Of a DNA stretch of 64,000 nt, positions 1 through 13,863 are shown in pieces. Each line of letters begins with the position of its first letter. Positions within the stretch are counted from its first letter, which is position 1. The notes beneath the pieces are model-generated. The model was not told the origin of the DNA, ran no database searches, and saw only the letters and a list, made by a program, of their open reading frames with translations. Source of the stretch: Macrostomum hystrix. Its lineage: Eukaryota > Animalia > Platyhelminthes. The stretch lies in contig CATNEN010000038.1 of assembly GCA_950097015.1 (NCBI GenBank), positions 33,728,001 to 33,792,000 on the forward strand, written 5' to 3'. A program made the position numbers and the translations under genes.

Positions 1-3000
1 GCTGAAATATTCCTTTCTGCTGTTTTTCTTACTTGCTTAATTCTGCAAGCGTATTCTTTCATTCTTAACTGCTTCGTGCAATCAGGCTGCATTGAATTTT
101 CGCGTGTAGTTCTTTTAAGTTAATTTTTTCGTTGGTTCTTTTTTGCTATAGCAGGAATCATAGAAAAAATATTTTAAATTGCCTGTTTACTTTAGTAAAG
201 GAAATGTTGTGTTAGATGTTCTATGAATTCTCTTAATTTCCTCAAATTTCTATATATTGAAACCATGCAATGTACAATCGTTGTAAACTAACTTTGTCTA
301 AGCTGCTTACACTAGCAATTTAGCATCTGTGACTGTGCATTTTCACTTTATGCTAATGTGACTCTTGGCAGCAATAATTACTGAAGTAATCAGGTTTTCC
401 CATGCAAACGCTAGTTGCTTTAATGTGTATATTCATTTGGATTGAACTTTTTTTAGATTTTCTCTTCAATGATAATCAAATTAATGTAATTATATAATAA
501 CATTAATATTATTATATACAATTATACATGAATAAGTGCCAACATACATATCACTGTTAATTACTGATTCTGTGTCCTCCAGCATCATAGTCTGCTGAAC
601 TAAACATGTATAGATGGAAGTAGAATGCTCCGGTTCTTTTTCACATGTTTTATATTAGTTAGAAGTGAATGTCTAGTCATAAATATCTGAATTTTAATAT
701 CTAGTGTAATGCGTTGACATCGGATTTACATAACTGACAAGCTGAGTACAATTATTAGCAAAGACCGTTAGAAACTTGCCATATGTATTTTGGCATGTAC
801 TTGACACTAGACCCTAAATATATTATTATGTATTATTAATACATTATAATGCATTATTAATACGATAATAATGTAATTTTATTACATTAAAATGCATTAT
901 TCATGCATTTCTAAATGCATTATTTTGCATTATTGGCGCCTAGGGAAAGCTTTAAGCAGTAAATTTAATTATTTATTTTAGTATTTAAATTTAAATACGG
1001 CTCGAATCTATCACAAAATTTCAAAATACTTTGTTACGTGCAGATTTAAATTGCAAGAATATATGATTCCCACGGTAGGAAATGTTAATAAGATTTGATA
1101 TGTGGAGAGGCCTTAAGTTCTTTTCAATTGACGTACGAGGTTTTTCTTACCATCATGGCGCTATGTTATTATTATAAAAAAGAGCATGACGTATATATTA
1201 GAAACAGCAAGGTGGATAATTTTCTCATCGACCATGCTATTCCATCACAGACAAAGAAATATAACTAGACTGCGCATCCCGCATTTCTTGCTTGGGCTTG
1301 TTTTTGACCAAATGACAGTGGAAAAAATGGTCCCTCTCTACCTACTTGAAAACGATCGATAATTGTGCTTGGGCAAGAAGTTAGGGTACAGGCCTGCTTT
1401 TCTTTCCGCCTGCGTTGATATGTAGCTATATATTAAAGTGGTCTGGGGACAAAAATATAAACTTATAAAACACATACTTGAAATACAAAGCAAGCTGCTT
1501 CAGTCTAATCTAAATCAATCCTCACCAAATCGAACTGCCATGGAAGAATCTAATTCTTCAAAACGGCCTAGCAGAAAAAGTCACGGCAGCTTTTGCTGCG
1601 CTATTAATAGATTTGAGCCTAGAGGCTGCTCGAACAACTCGTCAATGTCTCCGGCAGTGTCCTTCCATTTTTTTCCAAAGGACACTGAAATGAAGAGAAA
1701 GTGGCTGGTTGCGTTCCGACGCAAGGAGTTCAAACCATCGGCGACCACCCAAGTCTGCTCGGTCCACTTTGCAGAGTCTTGCTTCAAGGAACAACTAGCC
1801 GGCTTTCTGCCCACCACAAGAAGGCGGCTGTATCCAAATGCTGTTCCTTCTATCTTCCCGACGCTCCCTGACCGCCTGCAGCCTGTTGAAAAGAAGCGAA
1901 AAACAGCCACCGCCGCCGCCGCCGCTGCTCAGGAAGTTGACTTTGCTGCATTTTTGAAAGCGCCGGAATGTAGCAAGACGAAGGCTCAGCCAACTGACAC
2001 GGAGGCAGATGAACCAGAACAACCCCTACAAGAACTGCATGCCAACTGTGTGGCCAGAGAACAGTTCGAAGAAAAGGTTAGAGTCCTAAAAAACCTGAGG
2101 CGCAGATACAATAGACTTTTGGCTGCTCATAAGAGATCTAAGAAAAGTGCTAAGGCCATTGAAATCCTGCGTCGGACGGTACAGAGCAAGTACAGAAAAA
2201 TTCGATCTCTGCGCTCAAAGCACAGGCAAATTAAACAGAGCCAAAACATTGAAGGACGCAATTCTGGATCTAAAGGCCAAGTGCATGTTAAACGAAGCAG
2301 CGGCATCTCGATTGAATTTCTTGACCTCTGATTCACTGCTGAGCAGCATCGTGCCTTGCAATAGAAAAAGGACAAAGAGGTTCTCTGACGAAGTGCGCAA
2401 ATTTGCCTCTACATTGCATTTCTATAGTCCGAAGGCTTATGGGTATGTACGAAAGTACTTTCAGCTTCCACATCCTGCGTCACTTAGATAATGGCTCTCA
2501 AATGCAAAGTGCTTTCCAGGGTTTTGCGATCAGGCTTTCCAGGAACTTTCCCAGTGGAAAAAACCTGGGAAACACTGGGAAAAATCCAACGGTGTTTCAA
2601 CGGAGGTATGTCACAAAGGCGTTGGGAACAAAAAATTGTCTTTGTACCCAAAATGGCTCGTAAGAAATTAAAAAAGCTTTTATTTTGCTTACTGAGCCAA
2701 TATTTCATTTTTTGAAGTGCGTTGTGAAACCGTTGTAAAACCGTTGTGATTGCTCTTCGTTGAATTGCCGTTGTTTCTCAACGGTAAACCAACTTTCCCA
2801 AAAAGACTGTGAGTAAAACTGAGGCAGGGAATTGTGTAATAACTCTAGAACTAAGTTGGATTTGCTCTACACAGTACGTATTATGTAAAGTGTTTTCTTT
2901 TTGGCAACTACTGTGCAGTTTTTTTGTTAATAATTAGTAGACAAAATTGGTTTGATAAACTTATATGTCGCAAAGCATCACGACGCACGTCTATTTTACA

Positions 3001-3205
3001 TAGTACCAATATTGTTTTGCAACTTCTGTTTGGAGCAGGAGAATGTGGATTTTTGTCATACTTGTTATTTTGATGGTCTATTTAGCATATAGTTATAGCA
3101 TATAATTATTCATGGTAAATATAGTAAGAGTATAGTATAGTATTATTTGCCAATTACCATAAGATATTGTGATATAAATGATTTTACTTGTGAGTTATTT
3201 TTCAG

Positions 3206-5122
3206 ATGTCCAAACGTAACTTTGCTAGAAAAGTGCTTCAGGGTTGTTTAGAGGAAATTGAGTAGAGCAGCTTCAAAAGGCATCTAAACCCATTAACCAA
3301 GATCAAGCCCAAGGCAATAATCATCAACAAGATGAAGAATTCATTCAAGCTGAAGAATATGACACTGACTTTCTTGGCAACAGTCATGGCAATCCAATGG
3401 ATAATAGTGAATCAGATGGAGACCTTGTAGAAGAGGATCAAGAGATACCTGAAGTTGAAGATGCTACACCAGAGCCAACAATTGAGCAAGAACTGCTTCT
3501 ATTTTATATATTTTTTAATGTGTCACGCTCTGCTATGGCTTGGATCCTTGCCTTTTTAAATCGCAAGGGTATTTCAGTTCTAAAGTCTGTATATGGCTTG
3601 AAAAAGCATTCTGCTAATTCTTCTTATTATTCTATTATTGCTACTGAAGGAGACTTTTTCTATGTATCAATGGCCAAAAATTTGGAATTTTGTGTTAGCA
3701 ATAATTATTTTGACTTTTCAAAATGCATTACTGATTCTGAAACTGGGCACATAAAAGTAAATTCCATTTTCAATATAGATGGAATGCCCTTGTATAATAG
3801 TTCTTCCATGTCAGCTTGGCCAATTTTAATGAAAGTATCAGGCTATTTGCGTCCATTGCCCATTGCTATTTTTGTTGGTAAAAGTAAACCATCATTGAAT
3901 ATTTTGTTATCACGCTTCTGTGAAGAGCTAAACATTTTTTTAGTAATGGTATTTAAGTTCTTGACCACCATTTTAAGTTAGTTAGTTTGCTCTTTTTGTT
4001 TGTGATGCCCCTGCTCATGCTCATATCTGCTCTATTATGAACCATAACTCTCGCATGGGATGTAGTTATTGTCAAGCTGAAGGTAGACATTTTGCTAATC
4101 GTATTGTTTTTTTATCTTCTATTGGTACTTTGCGAACTGATCAGTGCTATGCTGAATCTAAAGAAAATAACCAGAAGGTAGGGCATTCAACACCTTTGCT
4201 GAGTATTAAAAATATTGGTTTTTATTCTCATTTTCCACCTGACTATCAACATGCTGTATGTTTAGGTGTTTGTAGAAAAGTTTTTAATTTTCTTTTTTCA
4301 TCAAAGTTTGGTTCATATTGTAAGATTTCAGCACTAAAGTTAAAAGAGCTGTCTGATTTTATTGATAGCTATGCCAAGTTCACTCCTGCTGAGTTTCAGC
4401 GGAGGCCTCGCCCTATTGATACAAATTTAGCTCACTTTAAAGCAACTGAGTTTCGACTCTTTTTGCTATATTTGGGGCCTTTTTTCTTCAGAAAGTTTTT
4501 ACCACAAAAATACTATGACCACTTTCTTCACTTGCACTTTTTCTATCTATGTTTTTTGCTCTGATGTCCACCAGACTCTCTTACCAAATGCTCATCGTTG
4601 TATTGAGATTTTTGTTAAGGAAATGGAGTAATTGTATGGTAAAGCATCAATTTCTTATAACCCTCACACTTTGCTCCATATTTATGAATTTGTTTGTCTA
4701 TATGGAAAACTTGACAATTTTTCTGCATTTGACTTCGAAAACTATTTGGGGCATGTTAAAAGACGAATTTAAGTTACCCGCTTTGCTTCTAAGCATATTT
4801 TGCACCAGTTTTTTATGTCCGTGCTACTCTTACAAGTGATCCAGCTAGCATTGTGTTTTTTTCTAAGAAGTCTCCGAATAATTGTGCAGTTGTAAATGGA
4901 GTTCCAATACTCATTAGTACAGTAGTAGGAAATGTCCTAACTGGTCATGTGTTAAAGTTTTCGCATCCTTTGTATACAAGTCCATATTCATCAGAAATTC
5001 TGAATATTGGATTTTACCATGTGACACGTAATGTTGTTACTGGTAATGCAAGCAGAAAGTGCTTCTTGTTGCCATCATCTGGAGGTGAACATATAGTAAT
5101 TCCCTATTGTTGCGCTATTTGA
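3206..5122 (+). pseudogene. EnSpm-type transposase, frameshifted
   Basis: NIDGMPLY..WPIL, CDAPA, HNSRMGC, DYQHAVCLGV, FKATEFRLFLLY and SAFDFENY motifs are spread over several frames. Confidence 0.88.
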
Positions 5123-5428
5123 TTATGATTATACTATTGTCTTCTGGTACTAAGTCAGTCTTGGTCAATATAGCAATTTCTTTTTTCATGCAACTGTCAT
5201 CCTAGGGTGTGCAAGTGTACATTTTTCATTATTTGTAGCATTAAATGTCTCCTTGTGTGTTCAGCTTGTTTATAAATATAAACACAAATATACATATAAT
5301 ATAAATAACAATTTTTGTATTTGGGTTTCAGACAATATCAATTTTTTTATTTCATATCACAAACATGTCATGTATATATTTCCTACATATTACCATTATT
5401 AAGAGTATTTCACTTTCTCATTTCAGCC

Positions 5429-6517
5429 ATGAAGTTTATCGTGATCTTTCACGTTGACAAAGAAATAGTCGAATTGAGCGAGACTGAAGTCCTCTTAGAA
5501 AACTTCCAAAAATTCACTCTGGACAACTGGCGAAACTTTGTTGGCGAGCCTATTGCAAGGGCATACTACAATGAGCAAGTATGGGACTGCACAATTCTTC
5601 AGGTAACTGCATGCTTTGTTCCCTGCATGGAAATCATACTTGTATATATGGGGTCGTTTGGTCTTTTTGATTTTCACCAAGTAATTTTGCTCCACCGGAA
5701 ACGCCCAAATCACTGCCCCACCATGGACAGGACGACAGGTGCAGTTCACAGCAGAGTGCGGCTGAGTTGCTCAGCCCTTCGGATCAGCCAGGAGCCTTGC
5801 GTTTCAATGCAGCTGCAGCTGACACCGCGTCATTGAACTTCGGTACCGGGGGGCTTGACTTGCTGAAGGCTAGAATGGAGGCTAAGCTTGGAATCTCTCT
5901 GACATCGCCTCTCGGACTGTGCTACCTGGGGCTCCATACCCTTCGTCGGACATCAGCTTGCATGACAACAATCTCAGAATTGAAGCAGTGCATGTCGCGT
6001 GCCGCTGCTGCTGCTGCTACTACATTTGGTCCAGTTGATGCAGATGCAGAATGGAAGCCGATTGCGACCTGGCCTGACTACATTGACTTCATCAAAAATC
6101 CACCGGCTCTCGAATGGGTATGTACATCCAATAGTTTAGTGTTTGTTTTTGCAAATTCTATTATTTCAAAAAGCCTCCGACAGCATGCTTTCACGATAAG
6201 TTGGAAAATATAATTGTCTCTGACATTTTCCAAATTTTATTTCATATTGATATTCCATATTTCTTCGTGACTGTCCATCTACATGTATGATAAAATTATT
6301 GGCACCCTTGCAGATGACACGGCTGCTGCTGCCCTGCAAGGCTGAGGACCTTGGCAGCACCATTCGCCGAATGGTGAGGCGAATTCTCTCATCAGAGATG
6401 CTGGCCGCTGTCAATTACAACGGAAAGGGTCTTGGAGCTCTCTCTGGCTCTGAGCTTGGGGACACCGAACTTGCCTTTCGATCGGTGTTCTTGCCTAGTA
6501 TTCTACGTAAGTTCAAT

Positions 6518-6548
<31 letters not shown>

Positions 6549-6940
6549 TATCACATTAGATTCAATGATCCATTAATTACTGAGTACTGATTTTTAATTC
6601 ATTTGATTTACGTATTGATAGGTTTTAAAATCAGACGGCCTATTAGTTTTAGATCAGTTATGTTTAATAATTGTATTTTTGTGACATACTTTTAGGGACG
6701 ATGAAGGCAATGTACTGCGATGCTGCTGAGCGTCCAAAAGACCGCGATGTAGAGCTTGCAGTCATTGCTGCGCTGAAGCTGGGCAAGGACGGGCGAAGTC
6801 GTGGACGTCAAGGTCCGACGGAGTCAGGCAGCCAGGCGTCGGCAGCCAGAGTTGGCACATCGCAAGACCCTCCGCCTGCCAAGGTTCGACGTTCCGTTCA
6901 GAAGATCCCTATCATTAACGACACCGACAGTGATGAGTGA
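5429..6940 (+). CDS. EnSpm accessory protein (spliced; C-terminal DUF4806-like domain), possibly degraded
   Basis: GT-AG bounded pieces from MKFIVIFH to DLGSTIRRMVRRILSSEMLAAVNYNGKG and DVELAVIAALK; same layout as the other EnSpm ORF2s in this window. Confidence 0.6.
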
Positions 6941-8125
6941 CGGGTTTGGAGTCATAACCTGTGAGCAGTACAATGCAAGATAATCAGCAGGCTAGAATGG
7001 GATATTGATCGTATGTTGTGTCAATTTAGCTACTTGGCTTATGTGCAGTACAATCATTGGACACAGTCAGTTAGTTATTATTCAAAATGAAAGAAATCAT
7101 TTATAAAAAACGTTGTTGAAGCCATCATATCATCCTATAAACAAGTAATTTAGTTTGCAATAATTGCCAATGATTACACTCATACCTAACCCTGAGACTT
7201 TAAACGCGTATGCATGCGAGAAATTTTTTTGCTTTGCTGTAATTTCATTTGACAAATATATACATCTTTGCCAAATGTCTCAACTTTAAAATGTAACGTT
7301 TTTGGACACATGAGTGACATGACACATTTGATTGCGAAAATTGGCTTTTTTCATACTTTATTTCACGTGGATCAGCACCTCTAACAATATTTTGACCGTT
7401 GGAATAGCGTTGATTTGCTGTTGGGCTGCCGTTGGTAAACCGCCGTTGTATCAATGGATTTTCCTCCAGACACGCCCAACGGAGGGCCAACGGAGGGCAA
7501 CAACGTTGAATCAACTTTGGTTTTTCCGCTGGGTTCGCGGCGACGCAGCTCCACTGACGGCCAAGCCTTTTACTACTGCAACGTTGTTGCTGATGAAATG
7601 TCGCTGGAGTCGATGATTGAATGTAATTCAAGCGAAGGTATGTTTTTTGGCTAAGTTGACAAAGGTGATGGCAAACCAAGTGATCAGGAGGCGTCTTCGG
7701 CACTGGTAGTGATGGCAGTGGGGCTTAAGAGCTATTAGAAGCTGCCTTTAGGGTATTTTGTAGTGAATGGAGTTGACGGCGAATTTCTTTCGAGCGTTGT
7801 AGAGGAATCCATTCAGCGACTGTACCAGGTTGGCGTCATAGCAACATCATTCACATGCGATGGAACTCAGCACAACATTTGAGCGATCGAACTCCTTGGC
7901 TCCAGGATAAGTTCTCCGAACGAGGTCGTCGCCTGCTTCCCGCACCCCTGCGATCCTAGCATTCAGGTTGCAGCCTTCCTGGATGTGCCTCATATGTTAA
8001 AGCTGATTCGCAATCAGTGGCAGTCACTGGGAAGATTTGTTTGGCCGAACAGAGGAAATATTGAATGGAAATATGTTTCCATGTTGCAGCAAGTACAAGA
8101 AAGCCATGGACTCCGACTTGGAAAC

Positions 8126-8340
8126 TGTCGTAGTTTGGATGAAGCTGTTGGTGCTTTGGCGTTAACGTTGTGTACGTAGCATAGCGTTTATTCAAGCAAA
8201 GAGATTATAACATAAGTGAGAGGCTGGGAACGACAGCTTAGGAACCTATTGCTGGTTGAGAATTAGAGACCATAGACATTACAAGGATATTATCGGGAAA
8301 AGTGCAACAACGCTAGCTCTAGCTAGCAGCCACTACCACA
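8126..8340 (-). repeat. 3' LTR
   Basis: Identical by eye to 12037-12251. Confidence 0.95.
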
Positions 8341-8462
8341 TGTCCCCATCTGCAAAGGAAGACGATGGGTAACGTCCAGTCAAACAAACAAACTTTAAGA
8401 ACTAGTTAATAGACTTCGCAAAGTCAGTGAAATCACGCGATCATGGTTTACTCAGTCCGAGC

Positions 8463-11400
8463 CTACGGCACAAAGCGATTTGAGGGATTCCTCACCCTAG
8501 TGCTTCTTCTTGTCGTAGCGATCTCCGGGGGAAACTCAGGCATATTGGCTTGTGGTTGTTGGTGAACTGCTTCTTCCTCCTCATCGGTCTCAGAGGCAGG
8601 AACCAGCGGGCCGAATTGATTGTTTGAGGCCAGTTGTAGTTTGGCGCCCGTCAGTAGCCAGGAGGTGTTGCGCCCCTGCGACATCAGGAACTCAGCTCGA
8701 GAGCTGGTGGTGTCGCCGTTTGCCTTGAACTGCACCGGGTCGCCCTGCTGGAAGGTGGAGACCACCGGAACTAGAAGTCGCCGTCCTAGCACGAGCTCGG
8801 CAGGTGTTCGTCCGCGTGAAGTTGAAGAATTGCGATGATGTAGCAGAGCCTTCTGCAAAAAAGCGACAAAGCTGCCATGTGTTAGACGCTGGGTCCATGC
8901 CTGCAAGGCCTTCTTGATTGTCTGGACGGCTCGCTCGGCTGCACCATTAGATTGAGGGGAGTATGGAGGGCTCTCCATCTTACGAGCACCGTTCCTTTCC
9001 AACCAGGCCAATAGGGGAGACGAGGGGAACTCCGCTGCGTTGTCCGAAACAACTAGCTCCGGAACACCAAAGCGAGTAAAAACTGTTCGCAACGAGTTGA
9101 TTACGCTGTCAGCTGATCTGTCCTTTGTGGGGAAAGCTTCTATCCAGCCCGAGTACGCATCAACCACGATGAGAATGTTGCCAACGGCTGGTACAAAAGC
9201 CCAGTCCATGTGCACTCTTTGAAATGGAGCGGTGGCAGGTGGCCAAGTGTCCCGAGTTTTTTGCAGACGAGGTCTTAACTGAGTACATGTTCGGCATTGA
9301 GAAACAAATTGCTCCACATCTCTCTGCATGCCGGGCCACCAACAGGTCTGTGCAAGCAACTTGTGCGCTGCGTTGGAACCCGTATGAGTGGCATGCACTG
9401 CGTCGAAGGCCTCTCGTCTGAGCCTTGGTGGAATGAATGCTCGGCGGCGCATGTAGATCAGGCCATTCTCGAGAGTCAGGCATTCCGCGACTTTCTTAAA
9501 AGCTGCCTCTGCTTGTGTGCACCCTCGCCAGTCACCAGACCGAATGCGACGAACTATTCGTTGAAGGAGGCCGTCTGAATCGATTTCGGATGCTATTCTG
9601 TGTGGATCAATGGTTGGGATTCAAAGACAACGCAGTTTACCGCCCAAAAGGTGCTGCTAGGTTCAAGATCAGCGTTTTCAAACCGGAGTCGGGAGAGCGC
9701 GTCGGCATGCGGAATTTTTGTCCCTTGTACGTATTCCAGAGTGAAATCGAATTGCATTAGAAACAGCGCCCATCGGCTGATTCTGGAAGAGGTGCTCAAT
9801 GGAATGCTGCCACCAAAGAGGCGAAGCAACGGTTGGTGATCAGTCCGAATGGTGAATTTTCGGCCTTGCAGATAGTGTTTAAGCCTATGGATTGCCCAGA
9901 AAATCGCCAGTGCCTCTCGTTCGATGTTTGAGTAGTTGGCTTCTGCGGATGAGAGAGTCCTGGAGATGTAAATCACGGGGTGCCCGTCCTGGGTCAAAAC
10001 AGCAGCAAGTGCACCTTTGGAGGCGTCAGTGGTGAGAGTGGCCTCTTTTTCGAGGCTATATGGCTGCACCACAGGCCTGGATGATATTTCTCGCTTGAGC
10101 CCCTCTAATGCGTGAGCGCACTCGTCGGACCAGACGAAGGGCGAGCTTCCCTTTCGAAGGTCATTCAGTGGGGCGATTTTGGTGGAGAAATTAGGTATCA
10201 GACGGCCAAAAAAATTCACTAGGCCAAGGAACTGCTCAACTTCCTTCTTGGAGCTGGGAGCGGCGATATGACGGATCTTGTCAACTAGACGGTCGTCAGG
10301 CTGAATTCCAGATGCGGAGATTTTGAATCCAAGAAAGGAAATTTCATCGCACATATTAATAGATTTGCTTTCGTTGATGGTCACTTTCTTTTCTGAGAGC
10401 CTGGTTTTGACCGCATTCAACCGCTTACCTAGTGCTTCGGAATTCTCTGCAAAGACTAGCACATCATCTTGGTAGACAAGGATGCCTTTAAGGTCAGAAA
10501 GAATACTCTCCGTGGTCCTTTGGAAAATGAAGGAGGCATTTTTCATGCCCATTTGTAGGCGTTTGACACGGTAGAGGCCACGTGAGGTATTGATCACGAA
10601 TAGTTCCTCCGCAGACTCATCGAGAGCTATTTGCCAATAGGCAGAACGCAAGTCTACCTTCGCAAACTTTTTTTGCGTTTTTGAGCTTGGCGAATAGGTG
10701 CTCAATCGAAGGAATTGGATAAGACTCTGGCTTGATTTTCCCATTGACGTGCATTTTGTAATCGGCACACATGCGCAGCGAGCCATCTTTTTTCTTAACC
10801 CAGACAACAGGCGATGCGTTGCTTACCGGGCCCTCAATGGGCTCGATGACGCCCAGCTGCTGCAGTCTCTCTAGCTCGGCATTGACTTGCGGCTCCAGTG
10901 CAAGTGGAACAGGACGAGCGCGGCAGAACTTTGGCCTGGCACCTTCAATCAGTTCCATGCTCGCTTTGATGCCCTTGATGGTCGGCAGTGGCTCATTGGC
11001 AGGCGCAGCTGTGGCAGTGGTGGCTGCGTGGAATACGGCGTCGCCATCTAGAAGATCGCGTCCTAGCAGGCCGAATGTCTTTGAAGATGAAACCACCATC
11101 AACTCAGCTGGATGCATTCGACCGCGCATCTCGACGGTGGTAGACAGCTTTCCCAATGTCTTCAGGATATGGCCGTCATATGCTTCGAGTCGCCGATGAT
11201 ACTTGTCCAATTTGGGGCGTTGCAGCGATTCCCAGAGGTGGCTAGAAAGCACTGAAACTGAAGCTCCGGTATCGATCTGCATCGGAATAGCGACACCGTT
11301 GATCAGCACAGTTTCTGTCGTTACTGAAACAGCATGGATGAGATCGACGTCTGTCAGATGGAGAATCTCAGAGGAGTCGGAGTCCGAGGTTACAAGTTTC

Positions 11401-12036
11401 GTGTCCACATGGTTGACATGATCGACACCACTGGAGCGGCACACGGATCCAAAGTGATTGCGCTTATTGCATTTGTTGCATGTCTTGCCGTAAGCCGGGC
11501 ATCTGCCAGCTGGATGAGATCTGCCACAAAACTTGCAGTCGCCTACGTGCCGTTCATGGGACATGGTCACGTTACCGCCTCGATGCTGCCGATCTCCCTT
11601 CCCTGTGAAGTTGATGGAGTGTGCTTCTTGGGTAGGCTCTGTGTTAGCGTTTCGAAAATCCCTGCTGTCTACGAACTTCGTCACTTGTTCGATAGTCCTG
11701 ATTATATCCACGAATTCGGTGATCATCAAGTCTTTCGTTTGCATGGCTCCCAGAACGCGTCGTTGATCTTCTGGGTTCTGAAGGCCAGAGATGAGCATCT
11801 GAAGGCCAGATCTCCAGCTCCGCAAAGGTGCGCGCTTCCACTTCTTTTGGTGCTACAAGATGAGTGATTTTTTCGAGAGCTGCTAGTCCACAGAGCGCTA
11901 AAAAGTTGTCCGTGATTTGTCGATCTGCGCCTCCATCTTCCCACTTCTTGGTTCGTGCCAAGGCTTTGAATGCCTTAATCCAGGTGAGTGCATGAGTCGT
12001 GTCAGCAAGATCCAGATTGCCAAGCCGCGACGCCAT
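8463..12036 (-). pseudogene. Gypsy gag-pol (zinc knuckles, protease, RT, RNase H, integrase), frameshifted, with gag deletion
   Basis: CKFCGRSH..C / CNKCNKRNH..C; IDTGAS; VDLRSAY..YQDD; TTDAS..EREALA..TDH; H..H..C..C, DWA..VSDN..SNGAAE. Split over four ORFs. Confidence 0.92.
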
Positions 12037-12251
12037 TGTCGTAGTTTGGATGAAGCTGTTGGTGCTTTGGCGTTAACGTTGTGTACGTAGCATAGCGTTT
12101 ATTCAAGCAAAGAGATTATAACATAAGTGAGAGGCTGGGAACGACAGCTTAGGAACCTATTGCTGGTTGAGAATTAGAGACCATAGACATTACAAGGATA
12201 TTATCGGGAAAAGTGCAACAACGCTAGCTCTAGCTAGCAGCCACTACCACA
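12037..12251 (-). repeat. 5' LTR
   Basis: Identical by eye to 8126-8340. Confidence 0.95.
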
Positions 12252-13863
12252 GAAACAAGTTAAGCAGGCATCACATCAACTTTGCTAATTTAAAGATGAA
12301 GGTCTATTTGGCATCACAACATCATCACATCAGCAAGGTGTGATCGGATTTGAGAACTCTGATGTGCTAGTCACCGCAGATTTCGTTGAGCACATGAATG
12401 ATTTGTTCGACGCTTTCAATTCCAAGCGGCTGGTCAGTTATGGCGCCAAAATGGCTCTTAGAGCTGACAATCAGTCGGATTGGATCGATTTCTTCTCTAG
12501 CTCGATCGAACTTCTCCGTAGCCTTGAAACTTGGATTCTGCGCATGTCAATCGATTTGTTCCCTGAACTGGACTCTCATTCGGCATCCGCGAGTATCAGC
12601 ATTGAGTCTCACAAGCTGCATTTGATTCGAGTAATGGCTATGCTTTTTATAAATATTCGAATGAAGAAGCTGGCTAAGGATCTTTCACGCGCTGGAAGAA
12701 AACCCGGCAAGAGGCAAAGGCTGCTTCGAACAGCGATTTTTCTTAATTTGTAATCAGCGTATTCGCATATGGAGCCTGGTAAGTTATGGCTTCAATGCAT
12801 TCTGTTTAAGCTTATTCCCGTGATAAAAATATATAGTTGCCATTAAATGCGTGCAAAAAATTATAGATAAATAAAAAATGAATCTGTAGTTGTTAATTTG
12901 TTAATCTTATTTCTTACTGAGTCTGAATTTTCACTAGTTACGAACATAAAGAAAAGAAAAAAGAGAACCCGACAAGCTGAGTTGGCTGAGGGTAAGAAGA
13001 AAGCCCCGGGCACAATTATCGATCGTGGGGGAGTGGGCACTGGGGTGCCACTTTTCCTACTAGGAAAAAATCCCAACTTTTTTTACCCTCATGCGCAGTC
13101 TAGTTATATTTCTTGGTCAGTGTATTCCATATGGCTTTGTATTGTGTCTTAACTTTTTTCTGCAAATTTCGCTTTCGGACCTGCTCCGATCGATTTTTCT
13201 CGTCGAAATATATCGGAAAAGCATGTCTCGCAGTAGCTTCTGGGCTGATATAATCCCTAGTTGACAATCTTACTTTTCGTCTGGTAAGATCTGACGGTAC
13301 CCGGTGGGAAAACTCGTAGTGGCCCTCTGGCGGCCCGTGCGAGATTTGACGCTATCTTGGCGACAAGAGGAGAAACATAAATTCGTGTAAAATTCGGAAT
13401 AGAAAGGATTGTCTGAGTCTCGTTAACTATTTATTTATGATTTTAGACGCGCTGAGTGTAGTTAAGTAAAAATTTTTTGAGCGGCATGCTAGCTACTCAT
13501 CGCTTGGAGAATGGCGTACTGACTACAGTCGTAGTAGTGCCGCTGCGGTAAAATAAAACAAAATATGAATTAATAAATATGTTAATGAATCTCTACCTTT
13601 CATGATTACCCCTTCCCACCATCCATCTCACATTATCAGTTGTGCAAGTCTTTAAAGAAGGGATACACTTGATTTTTTCTATCTTTTTAATTTTTATCGG
13701 ATATATTGGTCTGAGCAGTCACATATTCATTCATTTTCAAACAGATTTTTCCTCTTCGACACGATTCGATCCACCACCTACTTTTCGCGGCTCTATGCTT
13801 TCTATGTTTTAGACAGTTTAAAGACAAGAAAAGTGAAATGGATAAGCATGGTTTTCTACTATA

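Larger units (their letters stand above)
2550..7533 (+). mobile_element. CMC/EnSpm (animal CACTA-like) DNA transposon #1
   Basis: TIR CCCAGTGGAAAAAACC / GGTTTTTCCGCTGGG; 2-bp TSD TT; subterminal CCGTTG/CAACGG repeats. Removal restores P transposase QAFQEL|SRRR. Confidence 0.9.
8126..12251 (-). mobile_element. Ty3/Gypsy LTR retrotransposon, Mag-like
   Basis: Two 215-bp TG..CA LTRs; 5-bp TSD GAAAC (8121-8125, 12252-12256); PBS-like TGGCGTCGCGG next to the 5' LTR; gag-PR-RT-RH-IN order; double CCHC knuckle. Confidence 0.95.
1540..12753 (+). pseudogene. THAP-domain P-element transposase, fragmented (1540-2549, 7536-8125, 12257-12753)
   Basis: THAP motifs (CCA..CSN..SFHFFP..RKW..VCSVHF..NAVPSIF), FASTLHFYSPKAYGYVR..LPHP, DEMS, TCDG, DVPHMLKLIRN, GLRLGNKL..KMKV, MNDLFDAFNS. 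The frame rejoins across both insertions; stops, frameshifts and deletions are present. Confidence 0.9.
1246..13122 (+). mobile_element. P-element/THAP9-superfamily DNA transposon (complete ends, internally disrupted)
   Basis: Left TIR CACAGACAAAGAAATATAACTAGACTGCGCAT (1246-) matches the reverse complement of ATGCGCAGTCTAGTTATATTTCTTGGTCAGTG (13091-13122) with 2 mismatches. Perfect 8-bp TSD TATTCCAT at 1238-1245 and 13123-13130. Contains THAP and P-type transposase remnants. Confidence 0.93.

Noticed and set aside
1-1237. AT-rich segment with AATGCATT palindromes
   Set aside because: No recognisable coding or terminal structure; low complexity.
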